The notes beneath the pieces are model-generated. The model did no database searches. It was given only the letters and a program-made list of their open reading frames with translations, and was not told the DNA's origin. From Podarcis filfolensis (taxonomy: Eukaryota), in the NCBI GenBank assembly GCA_964270895.1, contig OZ185443.1: DNA of 64,000 nt; one strand, 5' to 3'. The translations under genes and the position numbers were made by a program. Shown piece by piece: positions 61,559 to 64,000 of this stretch (within the stretch, counting starts at the first letter, position 1; the number at the start of each line of letters is the position of its first letter).

Positions 61559-62363
61559 ACAAAATAATATTGTTTATCTGGCTGAAATCCTCAAACCACT
61601 TGTCGTGTATTAATTTCAGTGCTTTACTGGGACTGACCAAGACTACATAATTTGAGGATTGCTGCATTTTCCAAACACTGCTGGCAGTGATGTAAAATAT
61701 ATTTCACGTGAACCACCCAATTCACCAATTGGGTTTACTATACTATATGTCGTTAGCCTTCCCACATTTTGCCCTTTTAGAGTTTTCCACCAGACTAGAG
61801 AGTTGCAAATTGTACAGTCTTGCTAAGTATAAAGTTAAACATTGTTCAAATCACCCTGGGTGTAAGCAAAAGGGAAAGAGAGGGAGGGAAGGATGATTAA
61901 AAAAAAAAGAAGATTTAGTTTGGAATTTGGACAGATTAAAACAGGGATATAAAAAGATATCACAGAGTCCGATAGAGTCTGACTATCATCCATCAATTCA
62001 ACTCAAATGATAGTGAACAGGCTACTGAGTCACCCACACATTGACTCTGCCTTCTTGCCTAAATAGAAAACATATTACATTTAGGTTGAAAAAGGTTGAG
62101 AAGGCACTCCTGACATACCAACAGCTCCTGTCTGTCCCCTTAGAGAAGCCTGCATCACCCTTAGCTAAGGTGTGACCCACAATTGCATAGAGAGCGGGAG
62201 GGAGATTTCAGAATTTTTAACGCCCTTTCTTTACCAAATAATAATTTTTCAAGAACTCAAGAGAAACAAAACTAAAAACAGAAGAAAAGAAGAATGTAAA
62301 GAAACATGGTGTTTGGGGGGGAAATATTGCAGGAACTCTAAAAATGCTGCAAAATATCAAAAG

Positions 62364-63168
62364 TAGGGCTGGACGATGTTGGGTTTTTAACATTGCAGTG
62401 TTTCGCCAGTAAAACATCATGGTTTGGCGATATACTATGATGTTGGAAAAAACTGCATTGGCTCTAGCCGGAGAGATGCTGGGTGAAACTGCCACAGCTC
62501 TCAGCATGGGAGCTAAGGTGCTTTCACCCCAGCGCCTCACGGGCTATGGCCAATACAGCTGGCCCCAGCCTGCTGCTCAGCTGGGGGGCGGTAAGACACC
62601 TGCCCCCAGCTGAGCGAGCCCTAAGCTCCTTGGCCAGACTCCACTGGGAGCAGGAAAACTCTTGCCCCCAGTGGAATCAGCCCCGAGTCCCCTGCCACTC
62701 ATGCTCCCTAGCTGAGCAGCCCGGATCCCGCTCCTACTCATGTAGAAGCAGAAGCGGGGTCGGGGATCTCTCAGCTGGGGAGGAGGAGCACCTTAATAGA
62801 GTCCCCATCCCGCTGCTGACTTGTGCAAGCCAGTGGTGGGTCAGGGGCTCCATAAAACTGCTGGGCTGAGGTGAGGGTAGCAGCACACTCTTCAGCCAAG
62901 CAGTTTAAAGAAGTGAAGGAAGGAACAAGCTGTATCAGCACCTCGCCAATTCAGTTTGATTCTCCCTCTGCCGGGGGAGAGTGCGATGGTGGTTTCACCA
63001 GTGGTATACTGCTCCCAGCTAGTTTATTTGTCCCTCAGAGCATTGAAGGCAGAGGGACTCATGAGTGGTGACCGTTTCACCAGCGATATACCACTGAGTG
63101 AAGCTGTCATCATGGTCTCCCCCCACATAGCGGTCCTGAGCAATATATTGATATATTGCCCAGGCCTA
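62364..63168. mobile_element. hAT-type non-autonomous element related to 58571-59706
   Basis: TIRs TAGGGCTGGACGAT / ATATTGCCCAGGCCTA with similar CGATATA subterminal motifs; no TSD match. Confidence 0.65.
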
Positions 63169-64000
63169 CTCTTGTGCCAGGGACAAGATTTTAGACTAAA
63201 AAACCCCCTTATTTTAACTGCCTAGAGAAAAACAGGGCGTGAACGCCTTTGAGCTGAACGTTTGTGATGAGTTGCTCTGGCCACAAAACAAAGGAGGATT
63301 TAATGGAACATCAAGGATATAATTTCCAAGAATCACTGCCTCGCAATGCCATTCCTGCTGCTCTGCAGATGCAAACCGCATGCCTAAATCCAGCATTGCA
63401 GAATTACTAACCTCCAACCCAGTGGCTGGCACACAGTTCTTCAAATATAACTTTAAGAACTGGTGCTGAGTTTCTTTGCTTTCCTCTCCCCACCTCATCT
63501 CTTTCCCCTTTCATTTAGTGTCTTTCGAATTGTAAGCCTACAGACACAGACTGCATTCTTCACTGTTATTGATCTTACGTATGCTACTCTGGGAGCCTTT
63601 TCAGGTAAAGGTAGGGGTAAAATGTTTTAAATAAATATAGGGAGCTTTGAAAGTGACATATTGCTGTTAGAATATAAAAATATTCATAACAGCATTCAGT
63701 ACCAATTCTATTAATATAAAAACAGACAAGCTACTAGGAGGTAGAGGTGGAGAAAGAAAGCTACTTGGAAATGGGAAACATACAGGAACACACACACACA
63801 TCCAATATCTAATTATAAGCATGGGAGGTCCATCAGCAACTGCTTTCCTATTCATTTCAGTTGAAGAAGCAAGCCTGTGCAGGCATTCATTTACATCATG
63901 GGTTGGGAACCTCTAGCCCATAGGCAGAGATCTTTAGCCCAAAAGGCCATTTCCCCAAAACCATATCCAGCTGCCAACTACTTCCCCTGCAGGGAATGTG

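Noticed and set aside
1063-63855. The roughly 200 other short ORFs in the six-frame track
   Set aside because: Lengths of 60-130 aa are expected by chance. Many start at TTG/GTG, overlap repeats or lie antisense to real exons, and none shows a recognisable domain.
58000-64000. Search for the missing first JADE1 coding exons (MKRGRLPSSSEDSDDNG; ...RKPSE) and promoter
   Set aside because: No matching translation or CpG island found; they presumably lie beyond the window end.

Overview
This is AT-rich vertebrate genomic DNA, not prokaryotic. It is almost certainly from a squamate reptile, and the Sauria SINE and MITE families suggest a lacertid lizard. Two multi-exon genes converge tail-to-tail. 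SCLT1 (+ strand) contributes its last 16 coding exons (414-28149, 591 codons plus stop). JADE1/PHF17 (- strand) contributes its last 8 coding exons (57949-33191, 796 codons plus stop). All 24 exons were placed by hand with GT-AG sites and consistent phases. The 5' exons and promoters of both genes lie outside the window. Introns contain many transposon relics: a 2.35-kb 5'-truncated LINE with an 8-bp target-site duplication (TSD), Sauria and other tRNA-derived SINEs, L2 and CR1 fragments, TA-flanked Tc1/mariner-type MITEs, and hAT-type elements. Most short ORFs in the supplied track are spurious. I found no convincing new protein-coding system. The best leads are structural or regulatory: a LINE of uncertain clade 50 nt from a JADE1 splice acceptor, a possible JADE1S-like short isoform, inverted TE pairs that could drive circRNA formation, an exact 24-bp repeat bracketing an SCLT1 exon, and a MITE carrying NRF1/ETS-like motifs.
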